Source: a virus. Taken from it: 61,028 bases of DNA. The notes under the pieces are model-generated. The model worked only from the letters and a program-made list of their open reading frames with translations, was not told where the DNA came from and searched no databases. The stretch lies in UHGV virus genome UHGV-0011871; one strand, given 5' to 3'. Below are positions 46,370 to 55,359 of the stretch, one piece after another (position 1 is the first letter of the stretch; every line of letters starts with the position of its first letter). The translations under genes were made by a program, and so were the position numbers.

Positions 46370-47731
46370 TTACTTACTCGCTACGTACTCTAGGTCGTCC
46401 GGTCCATACACATACGTCATAATCTGATTAACGGATGTCGACCATCCTTTTGCGCAGATATTAAAGTCACTGATTCTCGTAATCTCTACGATAGTTCCTA
46501 CCGGTGATGCACCAGGACTTTTCACTACCCTAGCGATGTCTCCGACTTTGAACTTAGCTAGCTTGGCTTTCTCGGCTTCTGCTTCGGATTTCTTGCCTTC
46601 CTCTTCGGAAATCTTTTTGATGTTCTCAGTTCTGATGAATCCGTAAGTGTCGTAGCCGATGCGGTCTACTCGGAAATCAAAACTTCCAGTGTCTTCCGTA
46701 TCCGTAATCTTCAAGATGTCTCCGACCTTATGCTCGAGATACTCCACGGTAACCATAGCGTAATCTCCTACTTTGATCGGCTCTTCGGTCACCTTTTCTA
46801 GCTGCGACGGGTCGGCGTACCCCCTCCGGCCCATGCCCGATTGCTTCTCGATTGCGATTTTACGAATACCACTACCATGCGAGTAGTTCGTATCTTTGAC
46901 CTCGTACGTGTTACCGTCTCCGAAGCCGATTAATGGGTAATCACCGCCACCACTCAACAGCTTCACTTTGTCGCCTGCTTTGAAATCATCGAAGGAAAGA
47001 CCGGCTTGCTTCGTTTCGATCAGACGGTAGACATCCCGTTTTTCTTTTCCGCCCCAACCTTCCGTGTAGAGGGTAGTCCAGTTGTCAGCTACGAATTGGT
47101 CGTCTTCCTTAACCTCATACGGCTTGCCGCCCGTAGTGTTAAAGGAATGACTATTGTGGAATACGACTAAGTCGCCTGGCTTCGCTTCTTCCGCACCGAT
47201 GTTTTCGTATTGCTTACCGTTGTACGTTAAGATTCCCTTGACATCCTTACGTAGCACCACGAAGTCTTCCATGTCAGTATCGAACATATCGCCATCATCG
47301 TCTCTAACCTGAGGGTCGCCTAATCCGTCAATCTCCTCAATTTTGTAGAGCTTCCCTTTGGTGATATAGTCAGGTACAACGCCTGTGAACTTAACGAAGT
47401 CACCGACCATTGCGTCCTCTACGTCGATCTCGGTAAAACCGGAGGTGTCTGTTTCTTCTTTGCGGAATACAACGGCTTGCCCTCCGAAGAAATGCGCTTC
47501 ATCCTCGGCATCATCGAAGAATGTATACTTGTGTACTTCACGGTATCCTGTATCGACAACCTCGTAGTACGCACCTTTCGTAATGTCCATGGTCTCAATA
47601 AGAGACAGCATGATGTCGCCAACATTCGCAGTTCTATCGTCTACTTTCGTGTACTTGTCGCCCAAGTATTCAATTTTCGTTACTTCCCCGTTCACCATAT
47701 CGATTGTTTTTACATTAGATAACATTGCCAT
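46370..47731 (-). CDS. KVGD-repeat protein, paralogue of 42542..43801
   Basis: Repeated 'KVGD'/'KAGD'/'KPGD' beta-rich modules ('IKVGDYAMVTVEYLEHKVGDILKITD', 'FKVGDIARVVKSPGASPVGTIVEITRI'). Confidence 0.5.
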   Translation of the reverse strand: MAMLSNVKTIDMVNGEVTKIEYLGDKYTKVDDRTANVGDIMLSLIETMDITKGAYYEVVDTGYREVHKYTFFDDAEDEAHFFGGQAVVFRKEETDTSGFTEIDVEDAMVGDFVKFTGVVPDYITKGKLYKIEEIDGLGDPQVRDDDGDMFDTDMEDFVVLRKDVKGILTYNGKQYENIGAEEAKPGDLVVFHNSHSFNTTGGKPYEVKEDDQFVADNWTTLYTEGWGGKEKRDVYRLIETKQAGLSFDDFKAGDKVKLLSGGGDYPLIGFGDGNTYEVKDTNYSHGSGIRKIAIEKQSGMGRRGYADPSQLEKVTEEPIKVGDYAMVTVEYLEHKVGDILKITDTEDTGSFDFRVDRIGYDTYGFIRTENIKKISEEEGKKSEAEAEKAKLAKFKVGDIARVVKSPGASPVGTIVEITRISDFNICAKGWSTSVNQIMTYVYGPDDLEYVASK

Positions 47732-47755
47732 TCCGCATTACCTCCGATTAATTTT

Positions 47756-48154
47756 TTATTGTACTGCCGTTACAGGTTCTACCCACTCGTCAGCGTTAAA
47801 TCGAATCCACCGTTTTGCAGCCGATGCGTCACCGGCCCAGTATTCTTTCTTGCCTTCGTTTTCGAACATGTACACCGTTTCTCCCTCGACACCGATAATA
47901 TAGTCGCAGTCATGGGGTTGATACGGAGTTCCGTTGCCTTTAGTAGCGTACACTACCATTTCGTTTCCACGGTCGACTCGTCTGCGGATGGTCTTTACTT
48001 GGATGGTCTTGAATTCGTTCGTGAACGGGTCCCTTGCTATGATGTCGTACACCTCGTCGACCACTGGGAAGGCTACGTCCCATCCGTTAGATAGGAGCGC
48101 CCTCGCTGCGGTCAATTCGGAGACGGTGCCTCGTACTTGCGTTTGATGTGCCAC
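47756..48154 (-). CDS. PD-(D/E)xK nuclease (Hjc / VRR-NUC-like)
   Basis: 'GTVSELTAARALLSNGWDVAFPVVDEVYDIIA....IQVKT' gives an E...D...(Q)VK catalytic triad arrangement. Confidence 0.5.
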   Translation of the reverse strand: MAHQTQVRGTVSELTAARALLSNGWDVAFPVVDEVYDIIARDPFTNEFKTIQVKTIRRRVDRGNEMVVYATKGNGTPYQPHDCDYIIGVEGETVYMFENEGKKEYWAGDASAAKRWIRFNADEWVEPVTAVQ

Positions 48155-48195
48155 TGTATCTCCTCCTGCTTTTTATTTGCCGTTGACTTCGGTTA

Positions 48196-48993
48196 TCAGA
48201 ATGGCACGTCGTCGTCGCTTAGTTCTTCCGGCTCGATTTCCGTAGCGCCTTCGTCTACGTTCGTCTCAGCTTCGTCTTTTGGCAATACGGACTTGTCGAC
48301 TTTACCTTCCGTAGCTTCACGTAGAATAGCGATGATGTCTGCTTCGTCACGGAAGTTAGCCAGTTCTTCGTAGTCGATTTCGGACTGATCGATTTTAGCC
48401 GCTTCCGCCTTGATTTTGGCAGCTTCGTCGTCTTCGAAGTCGGCAGTCGTAATCGTATACGTTTTGTCAGCTTTGCTAATCGTAACTACATCGCCGATCA
48501 TCGTATATGATTTATCGAACTTACGGGCAGCTTTCTCCGTTTTGTCCATGTCGGATAGCAAGTTATTTACGTGGAACTCTTTTAAGTCCAGTACACGCCA
48601 TACTTTCAATTCGACATCGTATACCGGAACCATGAAGTAAAGGCCTCGTTTTGCCTTCGCTTTGTCCGAGATACATACTTTCGGATTAGGCTTCTCGAAT
48701 TTCGCAAACATTTCGTCTGCTTCCTTCTCCGTTTCCGGTGCCTTACGTGGTGAGTTTAGGCACGTATGCTTTTGGAAGTACGTCTCACGAGGGCTGTAAT
48801 TACCGTGCTCATGTACGTAGTAGAAGTACCATAGGTTAGGGTCACGTAGGATTACGAAATCCTTACCGTCCTTCAACTCTTGGCTCAGGCGTACGTAGCG
48901 AGTGATACCTTCCGGCAGACCTGCGTTAATACCTCCGCTAGCTGCTTTTTCCCTTGCCTCGTCACGCTTTTTTAGTTTATCCCGTAGTCCCAT
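48196..48993 (-). CDS. SSB-like protein with acidic C-terminal tail (..SDDDVPF)
   Basis: The C-terminal 'EPEELSDDDVPF' matches the SSB partner-binding tail (DDDIPF). The N-terminal region is not a recognisable classical OB-fold SSB. Confidence 0.45.
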   Translation of the reverse strand: MGLRDKLKKRDEAREKAASGGINAGLPEGITRYVRLSQELKDGKDFVILRDPNLWYFYYVHEHGNYSPRETYFQKHTCLNSPRKAPETEKEADEMFAKFEKPNPKVCISDKAKAKRGLYFMVPVYDVELKVWRVLDLKEFHVNNLLSDMDKTEKAARKFDKSYTMIGDVVTISKADKTYTITTADFEDDEAAKIKAEAAKIDQSEIDYEELANFRDEADIIAILREATEGKVDKSVLPKDEAETNVDEGATEIEPEELSDDDVPF

Positions 48994-49118
48994 TGAAACT
49001 ACCCCTTTCGTTGGTTGATATTATTTTCGAGCGTCACCGCCCGTAACGTCCCACCGCCTTCATGCTTGGGGCCTTGCGACCACTTGGAGAAGCGATGAAC
49101 CGTTACCGACGGGCAGGA

Positions 49119-50015
49119 TTAACCTGCCGACTCAATCGGGTTGTCGTGGCACCTATACACATAATCACGGTACTCTTCGACTGTCATGTCGTTAACTTTC
49201 GCTAGATATTCGATTAATTCGTCGAACTTCGTTTGACTCAGGTTGAATCGTTCCTTGTTATCCGAGAACCATTCGAATATGTTTCTGTCGTGTTTCGAAT
49301 TGTTCAAGTCCGAACGAAGAGGAATCATGTTCCCTGCCGTTGTGCCTCCGTGCCCCCAAGATATTGGAATTACATGGTCCCATTGTATGTCGGGACTTCC
49401 TGTTAACGCACACCCTCCGAAATGATTGTGCGCCTCAAGTTGTTCTTCTGCGGTCCAATCGTCCGGAAGACCTGCTAGTCTCGCCTTTCGTCTGAGCCGT
49501 ATTTCTCTAATTTTTTCGGGGTTACGGGCACGGTAATTACGGATTACTTCTTGTATTTTAACTCGGTTAAGTTTGCGGTACTCACGCTCGTACGCTACTC
49601 GTTTATCTCTATTACGTAGGTAGTAGTCCCGTTTCTGCTCGGATAATCTATCTCGATTGCGTAGGCGATACTCTCGTTGGTACTCCGCCACCTTGTCTCG
49701 GTTACGCTGACAGTAATCTCGATTATATTCGAGTCGTTTATCTCTCTTGCGCAGGTAATACTCCCGTCTTTTCTCGGCAAGTTCCTGACGGTTGCGCTTC
49801 TGATACTCCCTCATTTGCAGGTTATTGCACACCCTACACGACGGATATGCTCCACCTAATCCGTTTTCCCTTCGAGTGAACTCGCTTAACAACTTCGCCT
49901 CGCCACACTTGGTGCAACGTTTGGCTACCACGTTTCCCTCGGAATCTTCCCAGTAATCCGTTCCTTTACGATTGGCTTTACGTACTAGCGTCGATAGAGT
50001 CTCGGTCAGTTCCAT
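49119..50015 (-). CDS. HNH endonuclease with N-terminal Zn ribbon and tandem basic heptad-like repeats
   Basis: HNH core 'CALTGSPDIQWDHVIPIS.GG...N..PL....N.SK'. Five or more repeats of 'EY.REYRLRNRDK'; 'CTKCGEAK...CRVCN'. Confidence 0.65.
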   Translation of the reverse strand: MELTETLSTLVRKANRKGTDYWEDSEGNVVAKRCTKCGEAKLLSEFTRRENGLGGAYPSCRVCNNLQMREYQKRNRQELAEKRREYYLRKRDKRLEYNRDYCQRNRDKVAEYQREYRLRNRDRLSEQKRDYYLRNRDKRVAYEREYRKLNRVKIQEVIRNYRARNPEKIREIRLRRKARLAGLPDDWTAEEQLEAHNHFGGCALTGSPDIQWDHVIPISWGHGGTTAGNMIPLRSDLNNSKHDRNIFEWFSDNKERFNLSQTKFDELIEYLAKVNDMTVEEYRDYVYRCHDNPIESAG

Positions 50016-50485
50016 TACGCACCCACCCCGTAATGTTCGGCTGCCTTCTTCACGTCTACGATTTCGACCTTGATGGACTCTTTAATGTCGATGGCTTCCG
50101 TTAACTTTCGTTTTAAATCGTCTTTGATTTTAGGATTACGTGCTTTCAGCATGTTCAGCGTGATTTCCGCAACTTTAATTTCTGCCTTACGAAACTCTCG
50201 TTCCTTGGTTTTCAGTATTTTCGTTACTTCCTTTGCGAGTTTACCTTTGAGTCGCTCCATGATCGGCTTCTCGTCGTACAAAGGTCTGACCGTTACTACT
50301 CTAATTCCGTCCAATATGATTTCAACGCCAGGAGCACGATATACTTTCTTATGACCATCGTTGCGGAGAAATTTACCTCGCGAAATCTTATCGTTAATCC
50401 AAGAAACTGCGACATCTTTCGATACGATATTGTAACGTTGTCTTAAACGTTCTTTTGCGTGTGCCGTGATATGGTACTCAATCAT
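50015..50485 (-). CDS. hypothetical basic protein
   Basis: 156-aa ORF; translationally coupled. Confidence 0.4.
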   Translation of the reverse strand: MIEYHITAHAKERLRQRYNIVSKDVAVSWINDKISRGKFLRNDGHKKVYRAPGVEIILDGIRVVTVRPLYDEKPIMERLKGKLAKEVTKILKTKEREFRKAEIKVAEITLNMLKARNPKIKDDLKRKLTEAIDIKESIKVEIVDVKKAAEHYGVGA

Positions 50486-50607
50486 GCTAATCTCCGCCCT
50501 TTCACCGTAATATTAATGTAATTCAGAATGTCCTCGTCTGCCGGAACCTCGCCGTGATAAATGAAGTCCGGTTGAGTTAACGTTAGGTCTTCGTGTAAGT
50601 TCGTCAT
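50482..50607 (-). CDS. hypothetical small protein (41 aa)
   Basis: RBS (AAGGAGCG); TGA/ATG overlap with the downstream gene. Not in the ORF track. Confidence 0.25.
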   Translation of the reverse strand: MTNLHEDLTLTQPDFIYHGEVPADEDILNYINITVKGRRLA

Positions 50608-50734
50608 GATAATTCGCTCCTTGTCGATAATTGTAATTTATTTGTAATTTGCGTTTGCAATGATTTTGTTTACTTTGTTAACATCTGCGGTATATAATTA
50701 ATCCTGAGGAGATATGGCGAATAGCCCTACCTAC

Positions 50735-51316
50735 TTACACCGTTTCATACGAAAGTATGTTACGGCACTCGGTTTTGAAGCGCTTTATGAAGCTGCGATG
50801 TCCAGTCGCTTTTCCTCCGTATAACTGCGCCAACAGTTCGGAGATAGCCAAGTCTTCGGAGCCTTTCGACCATTGTAATAGGATAGTCTCTCTCCGGGGG
50901 TCACCTTGCGCCAACTCGGTGACTCTTTCCGTAAATGCTACTTCCGATTCTACATCGGAGTTTGATTTAAACTGGAAGCCGAGGTTATCATCGCCTCCGT
51001 CTCCTTCGAGAGTAGTCATTGAAACGTAATTTCCGTTCTTTCGACTATCTCTCCTTATGAATCGAGCCTTACTTAGCGAAATCTGAGTCTTGACTCCTGA
51101 GATAAAATCGTGCTTTCCGTATTCGAAATTATCCATTAATCTCTTAATCTCACGAACTACTCGGCAGTCAAACTTAGTGAAATCGTCAAGGTAAGGTTCG
51201 ACTTCTCGGGACGCTTGCTCGATCATCGGGTTAATGAAGTCGAACAAGTTAGCCATTGCCGTTTCGTCTCCGTTTTGGTACGCCAATACCAATGAGTTAA
51301 TTTGTGCTTTATTCAA
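50735..51316 (-). CDS. phage-encoded sigma factor-like protein (sigma-70 regions 2 and 4)
   Basis: 'AQINSLVLAYQNGDETAMANLFDFINPMIEQASRE' is region 2.1-2.2-like. 'DPRRETILLQWSKGSEDLAISELLAQLYGG' is region 4-like. TTG start with an AAGGAGAAG RBS. Confidence 0.5.
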   Translation of the reverse strand: MNKAQINSLVLAYQNGDETAMANLFDFINPMIEQASREVEPYLDDFTKFDCRVVREIKRLMDNFEYGKHDFISGVKTQISLSKARFIRRDSRKNGNYVSMTTLEGDGGDDNLGFQFKSNSDVESEVAFTERVTELAQGDPRRETILLQWSKGSEDLAISELLAQLYGGKATGHRSFIKRFKTECRNILSYETV

Positions 51317-51342
51317 TTATCATCTTCTCCTTTTACGTTTTT

Positions 51343-51395
51343 GCCTTACACTTACTAATAGACCAAAACTGTAAGTGTGTGGACCACGTTTTTAA
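51343..51395 (-). promoter_or_regulatory. conserved phage motif, copy C
   Basis: Same motif, upstream of the sigma-like gene and divergent from the XRE gene. A partial extra copy lies at 51421-51443. Confidence 0.45.
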
Positions 51396-51522
51396 AATTT
51401 TTGTAAGTTTTTTTATTTGTGCCTTACACTTACGATAATACAGTATTTAATGTATGTTCGTAATGAGGCAAATAGACTATTTTACCGAAATAATTTATAG
51501 GACTAAAGGAGGATGTACGTTC

Positions 51523-51747
51523 GTGATTTCGTATAAACCACTGAAACTGACGCTAGTACACAAGGGAATGACCATGACCGATCTTGACGCTGTTAAAGGT
51601 GGGCCGTTAAACACACGGACGGTTTCGAAACTTCGGCACGATGAAACTATGAATCTCGAGTCTATCGTTAAAATATGTAAGTTCCTCGACTGTCCTATCG
51701 AGGATGTCGTCGAGGTTATTCTTGATGCAGAAGGTTCCGAAGATTGA
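51523..51747 (+). CDS. XRE/Cro-like HTH regulator
   Basis: GTG start 9 nt after an AAAGGAGGA. 'ISYKPLKLTLVHKGMTMTDLDAVKGGPLNTRTVSKLRHDETMNLESIVKICKFLDC' is a typical small phage HTH. Confidence 0.55.
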   Translation: MISYKPLKLTLVHKGMTMTDLDAVKGGPLNTRTVSKLRHDETMNLESIVKICKFLDCPIEDVVEVILDAEGSED

Positions 51748-52651
51748 TACCGTTCACTAACGCTTCATTTGAGTCTTTATATGGCGCAGGTATGTCGACT
51801 GAGTCTATCGTTAAATAGCCTCGGAGTCCTGCGTCCAGTAAACGGCTCATTTTCTCGCCTGGTCCGTCATTGTCCATCGCCTTGATTAATCGTTCAATCG
51901 GACTTCTCCGTATTATGTCTAGCTGCGTTTTCGTAACGGCGGTGCCTCCGAGGGCAATCGCAGGTACTCCGCAGGACATCCACGACATAGCATCGATCTC
52001 CGCCTCGCAGACCACTACGGTTTTCAGTTTCTTCTTATATACTTTATCGATTCCATACACGAGGGTACGAATAGGTGCTGCGTTATTCTCATACCAAAAC
52101 AGCTTGCCGGATATTCTACGAAACTTGATATTCGCCAAACTGCCGTCAGGATGTCTCCACGGTATCGTAATCGCTTTACTTTCCTTCGAATAGCCAACGC
52201 CCATAAAGCGTTGTATTTGCTCCGATATGCCACGTTTTGCTAGGTATGGGTTTCGGTATAGGTACGGCTTCAACGAGTCCTCAGGGAGCGTTATGCGTGT
52301 CTCCGAGGTCTTGATTGACACGCTAGGAAGTGTGAGTCGTTCCCCCGGTTGCGGTTCTCGTATTCCGTACATTTCAATGAGGTATTCCACCGTTTCTTCA
52401 TAGGTTTCATTTCGCAGGAATGCTAGTAATTTAGCGAAGTTTCCCGAGGCATAATTTTCATCGTATGCTCCCGAGTCTCCCCACGCACCTGTACTGAGGT
52501 TAACGAAGAATGATGGATGGGTTTCGTCACGGAACGGAGACGCAGCTATCAACTTTTCTGCGCTCCACCGAGGGCGTACCCAATCGTATGTTTGTAGTAT
52601 ACCTGTTATATCACAGTTCAAAACGTGCCCATCTATGGAAATTTTACTCAT
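51716..52651 (-). CDS. DNA primase (TOPRIM domain, degenerate zinc-binding N-terminus)
   Basis: TOPRIM 'VVVCEAEIDAMS...AMDNDGPGEKM'. N-terminal 'SPFRDETHPSFFVN' resembles a CHC2 finger with Cys replaced by Ser. Start taken at MSKISID with a GGAAGGCGGTG RBS. Confidence 0.6.
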   Translation of the reverse strand: MSKISIDGHVLNCDITGILQTYDWVRPRWSAEKLIAASPFRDETHPSFFVNLSTGAWGDSGAYDENYASGNFAKLLAFLRNETYEETVEYLIEMYGIREPQPGERLTLPSVSIKTSETRITLPEDSLKPYLYRNPYLAKRGISEQIQRFMGVGYSKESKAITIPWRHPDGSLANIKFRRISGKLFWYENNAAPIRTLVYGIDKVYKKKLKTVVVCEAEIDAMSWMSCGVPAIALGGTAVTKTQLDIIRRSPIERLIKAMDNDGPGEKMSRLLDAGLRGYLTIDSVDIPAPYKDSNEALVNGINLRNLLHQE

Positions 52652-52706
52652 TTTCACACCGCCTTCCATTTAATTACTTTTATTTCAATAAACTTACTTT
52701 TATTGG

Positions 52707-54095
52707 TTAGAACTGGGAGGCGATTGCCATAGCTTCACTTTCGTCTAGCGTAATTTCCTGTATGATTCCATACTGCGGAAGGTAGATTATTTCAGCGAAT
52801 TGGCCTTCTCCACCGTCACGTCCCTTGCTTAGACCTACGAGTCCTCGACCTTCGAGGTAATTCGTATCGACTCCGATCAATAACGCAGCATCCTGCAATA
52901 GCTGTTTCGTTTTGCTGACTTCCTTACGTTTAGGCAGGCGTAACTCTCGATTGCCGTCTTCGTCCTCTGCTTCCTCTGTTTCATCTGCTTGCGTAATCGC
53001 TAGTACAGTTACGTCAGTCGTACCGGCTAGCCTACGTAGCTTCTTCGAGGTATTCTCAGCGTCTCCGCCCGTCTTCTTAGATGTGTTTGCTTCATAGTCG
53101 AGATAGTAGAACGGGTCGATCAGCACCACGTCAGCTTCCGTCTGAATGATTTCGGCTTCCAGTGCTCGCAATGATCGCTCAGTAAAGTCGTGGTCGTCTA
53201 CGCCCCTTACGATGATGTTTCCGGCTAGCGTGTCGTTAATGTTACGTACGAACTCGAAGAACTTTTCTTCGAAGTCCTCAGGCAATTTACCTTGTCGCAT
53301 GTCCCTCGAATTAAAGCCCACGTCCATATCTACACCGTTGATTTCCGCAGTAGCCACGTCTCCGACTGCCTGCGATAGCATCGTAAAGATACGAACAAGC
53401 ACCTCGTACCATCCCATTTCCATCGACCATATCAGAACGTTAGCGCCCTGCATCGCTAGATTAAGAGCCTCACGTAACGCTACTGCCGACTTACCTCGAC
53501 CTGACTTACCGTAGATAACGTACACGTTCGATGATACATAGCCGCCCGTTGCACTGTTAATCTTCGGCAGGAACGAATCCCATACTTTGTACGTCTCGCC
53601 TTTCTTGCGATTCTCGTATTCTTCGAGGATTCTCTCGGAGTCGTGTTTCACGTCGGTTCCTAGCTTACCTCGAACACCTGTTCTCATTTTAACATTTTGA
53701 AGTTCCTCTATCAACAAATCAATGGCAACATTTCCATCTTTTTCATTTAGGATGTCTTCGAACGTCGGTTTCGTCGGCTTGCCCCGATCATCCGGCTTAC
53801 CTTCGAGAATGTCGATGATTCCCTTCTTAGCTGCGAATGATTTTAACTCCTGGACCATATATCGGTAGCTGTCCGTAACTCCCTCACGGTAATAGAAGTC
53901 GGGATATTTCTCGACAACTGTCCGGTAGTCAGGCGTTTGGTGCTTATTTGATTTCGAATACTCGATGATGAAATCGTACACGTCACGCTCGGCTTTGGTC
54001 GGGAAGTCCGAACGGTCAACGTTGAACTCCCGAATAGCCATCGTATTGCCATCGTCTAATACTCGTGATAGAAACTGCTCTCCGTAGTTTGGCAT
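52707..54095 (-). CDS. replicative DNA helicase (DnaB-like)
   Basis: Walker A 'GKSGRGKSAVAL'; a RecA-like C-terminal domain; 'LAGTTDVTVLAITQ'. Confidence 0.7.
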   Translation of the reverse strand: MPNYGEQFLSRVLDDGNTMAIREFNVDRSDFPTKAERDVYDFIIEYSKSNKHQTPDYRTVVEKYPDFYYREGVTDSYRYMVQELKSFAAKKGIIDILEGKPDDRGKPTKPTFEDILNEKDGNVAIDLLIEELQNVKMRTGVRGKLGTDVKHDSERILEEYENRKKGETYKVWDSFLPKINSATGGYVSSNVYVIYGKSGRGKSAVALREALNLAMQGANVLIWSMEMGWYEVLVRIFTMLSQAVGDVATAEINGVDMDVGFNSRDMRQGKLPEDFEEKFFEFVRNINDTLAGNIIVRGVDDHDFTERSLRALEAEIIQTEADVVLIDPFYYLDYEANTSKKTGGDAENTSKKLRRLAGTTDVTVLAITQADETEEAEDEDGNRELRLPKRKEVSKTKQLLQDAALLIGVDTNYLEGRGLVGLSKGRDGGEGQFAEIIYLPQYGIIQEITLDESEAMAIASQF

Positions 54096-54186
54096 CTATT
54101 TAACGCCTCCTTATTTGTTATCCTGTTTGTACAGCCACCATCCGAGCGCAATGCCGGCAGCTATCATGCCCCCGAGAATAAGTGCA

Positions 54187-54417
54187 TCATCCGTCATGCT
54201 CCGGCACCTCCCGTAGTAATTGGAAGTTCAGTATGACTACGGTGTATACTTCGTCGTAATCCTCCCGATGTTTTTCTGCAATAGTCTGCATAACACCCGT
54301 CAATGCTTCCGACGAGTCGATTTTATATGACGTAGACATAACCACGTTTCCGAACCCGTTGTCTCCACTACTCTTTGACGATGCGTGGTACGATACGAAA
54401 TAATTGTATTTATTCAT
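54187..54417 (-). CDS. hypothetical protein
   Basis: 76-aa ORF. Confidence 0.35.
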   Translation of the reverse strand: MNKYNYFVSYHASSKSSGDNGFGNVVMSTSYKIDSSEALTGVMQTIAEKHREDYDEVYTVVILNFQLLREVPEHDG

Positions 54418-55143
54418 CGTAAATCACTCTCCTTCGGTTGTAGTACCGGACGTATACCGTTTAGTTCTCCGCCTGCCTTGCGAATCTCCGTACCTGCATC
54501 GAACATCGCTTGCTCGTACCTGTACAGCTTCATTACCTGCTCGGCATCCTCGAGGTTGTCTTCCTTTACATGCTCGTTATATAAGTCCAATAACTCGTCT
54601 GCTCGTCGTGCCCATTCTTTCCTACGTGCGATTTCCGCCTTCTCCGACGCTCGATGACCTTTCTTCATGGTCGATTCCTCCCTTTTGTTTTCGATGGTTT
54701 CCGGGGCATCCTTAACATTTCCTTTCGTCATGAACGGGAACTCAGGTTTCGCTAGCCAATCTTCGCCATACCATTCTCCGTCACCTTCCAGTAGGTATCG
54801 ATAGCATCTGTCCTCTTCGTCCCACTTGAGGTCTTCAATCTCGAAGTACAACGGGGAACCGTCGAAGTCATAGTCGACAAAGTCGTCAGTGTACGGGCTG
54901 AACGTTACTACCATTTCACCGACTGAGAATAACGGGCCGTCGTCTTCATCGTCTTCATCCGTTTCGTACACCAACTCAGCTTCATCCTCGTCTTCGTCCG
55001 CACCTATCCATTCGAAGTTATCGAGTCTCCTCGGCACGGTTGCGTACTTAGGCTCCTGCGATGCTTCTTTCATCTTCCTCGCTACGTAAAACGCTGTGAC
55101 TGCCGACGCTATGCTTGTAATTCCGATCTTCAACTTTTTCATG
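54414..55143 (-). CDS. membrane-anchored acidic protein
   Basis: N-terminal TM helix; start at MKKLKIG with a GGGGAGGG RBS; acidic repeats. Confidence 0.4.
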
Positions 55144-55359
55144 ATAACCCTCCCCAACGAATATAGGTGACCACTTGCCGTCGTCTGCCTGCTTGTATTT
55201 GACTCGGCATCCGCACGTTACGCAACGGATAACCGGTCGGCCCATGACTTGATACGACTCAATATACTGTTCTGCTGCTTTCACTCGGCTGTACCTCAGT
55301 CCGTGATACCGATAAGATGCTTCGGCGGCACACGAGAAACACTGGGATTCTATCGTCAC
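55048..55359 (-). CDS. Cys4 zinc-ribbon protein (GTG start)
   Basis: 'CFSC...CVTCGC'; RBS (AGAGGGGG). Overlaps the next gene by ~95 nt in another frame. Confidence 0.3.
   Translation of the reverse strand: MTIESQCFSCAAEASYRYHGLRYSRVKAAEQYIESYQVMGRPVIRCVTCGCRVKYKQADDGKWSPIFVGEGYHEKVEDRNYKHSVGSHSVLRSEEDERSIAGA

Noticed and set aside
50757-51029. Plus-strand 90-aa ORF, and a 36-codon ORF with a GAGGAG RBS at ~50713, antisense to the sigma-like gene
   Set aside because: The 90-aa ORF is a shadow ORF. The 36-codon ORF has an RBS but lies wholly antisense to the 3' end of a better-supported gene, so it is left uncalled.
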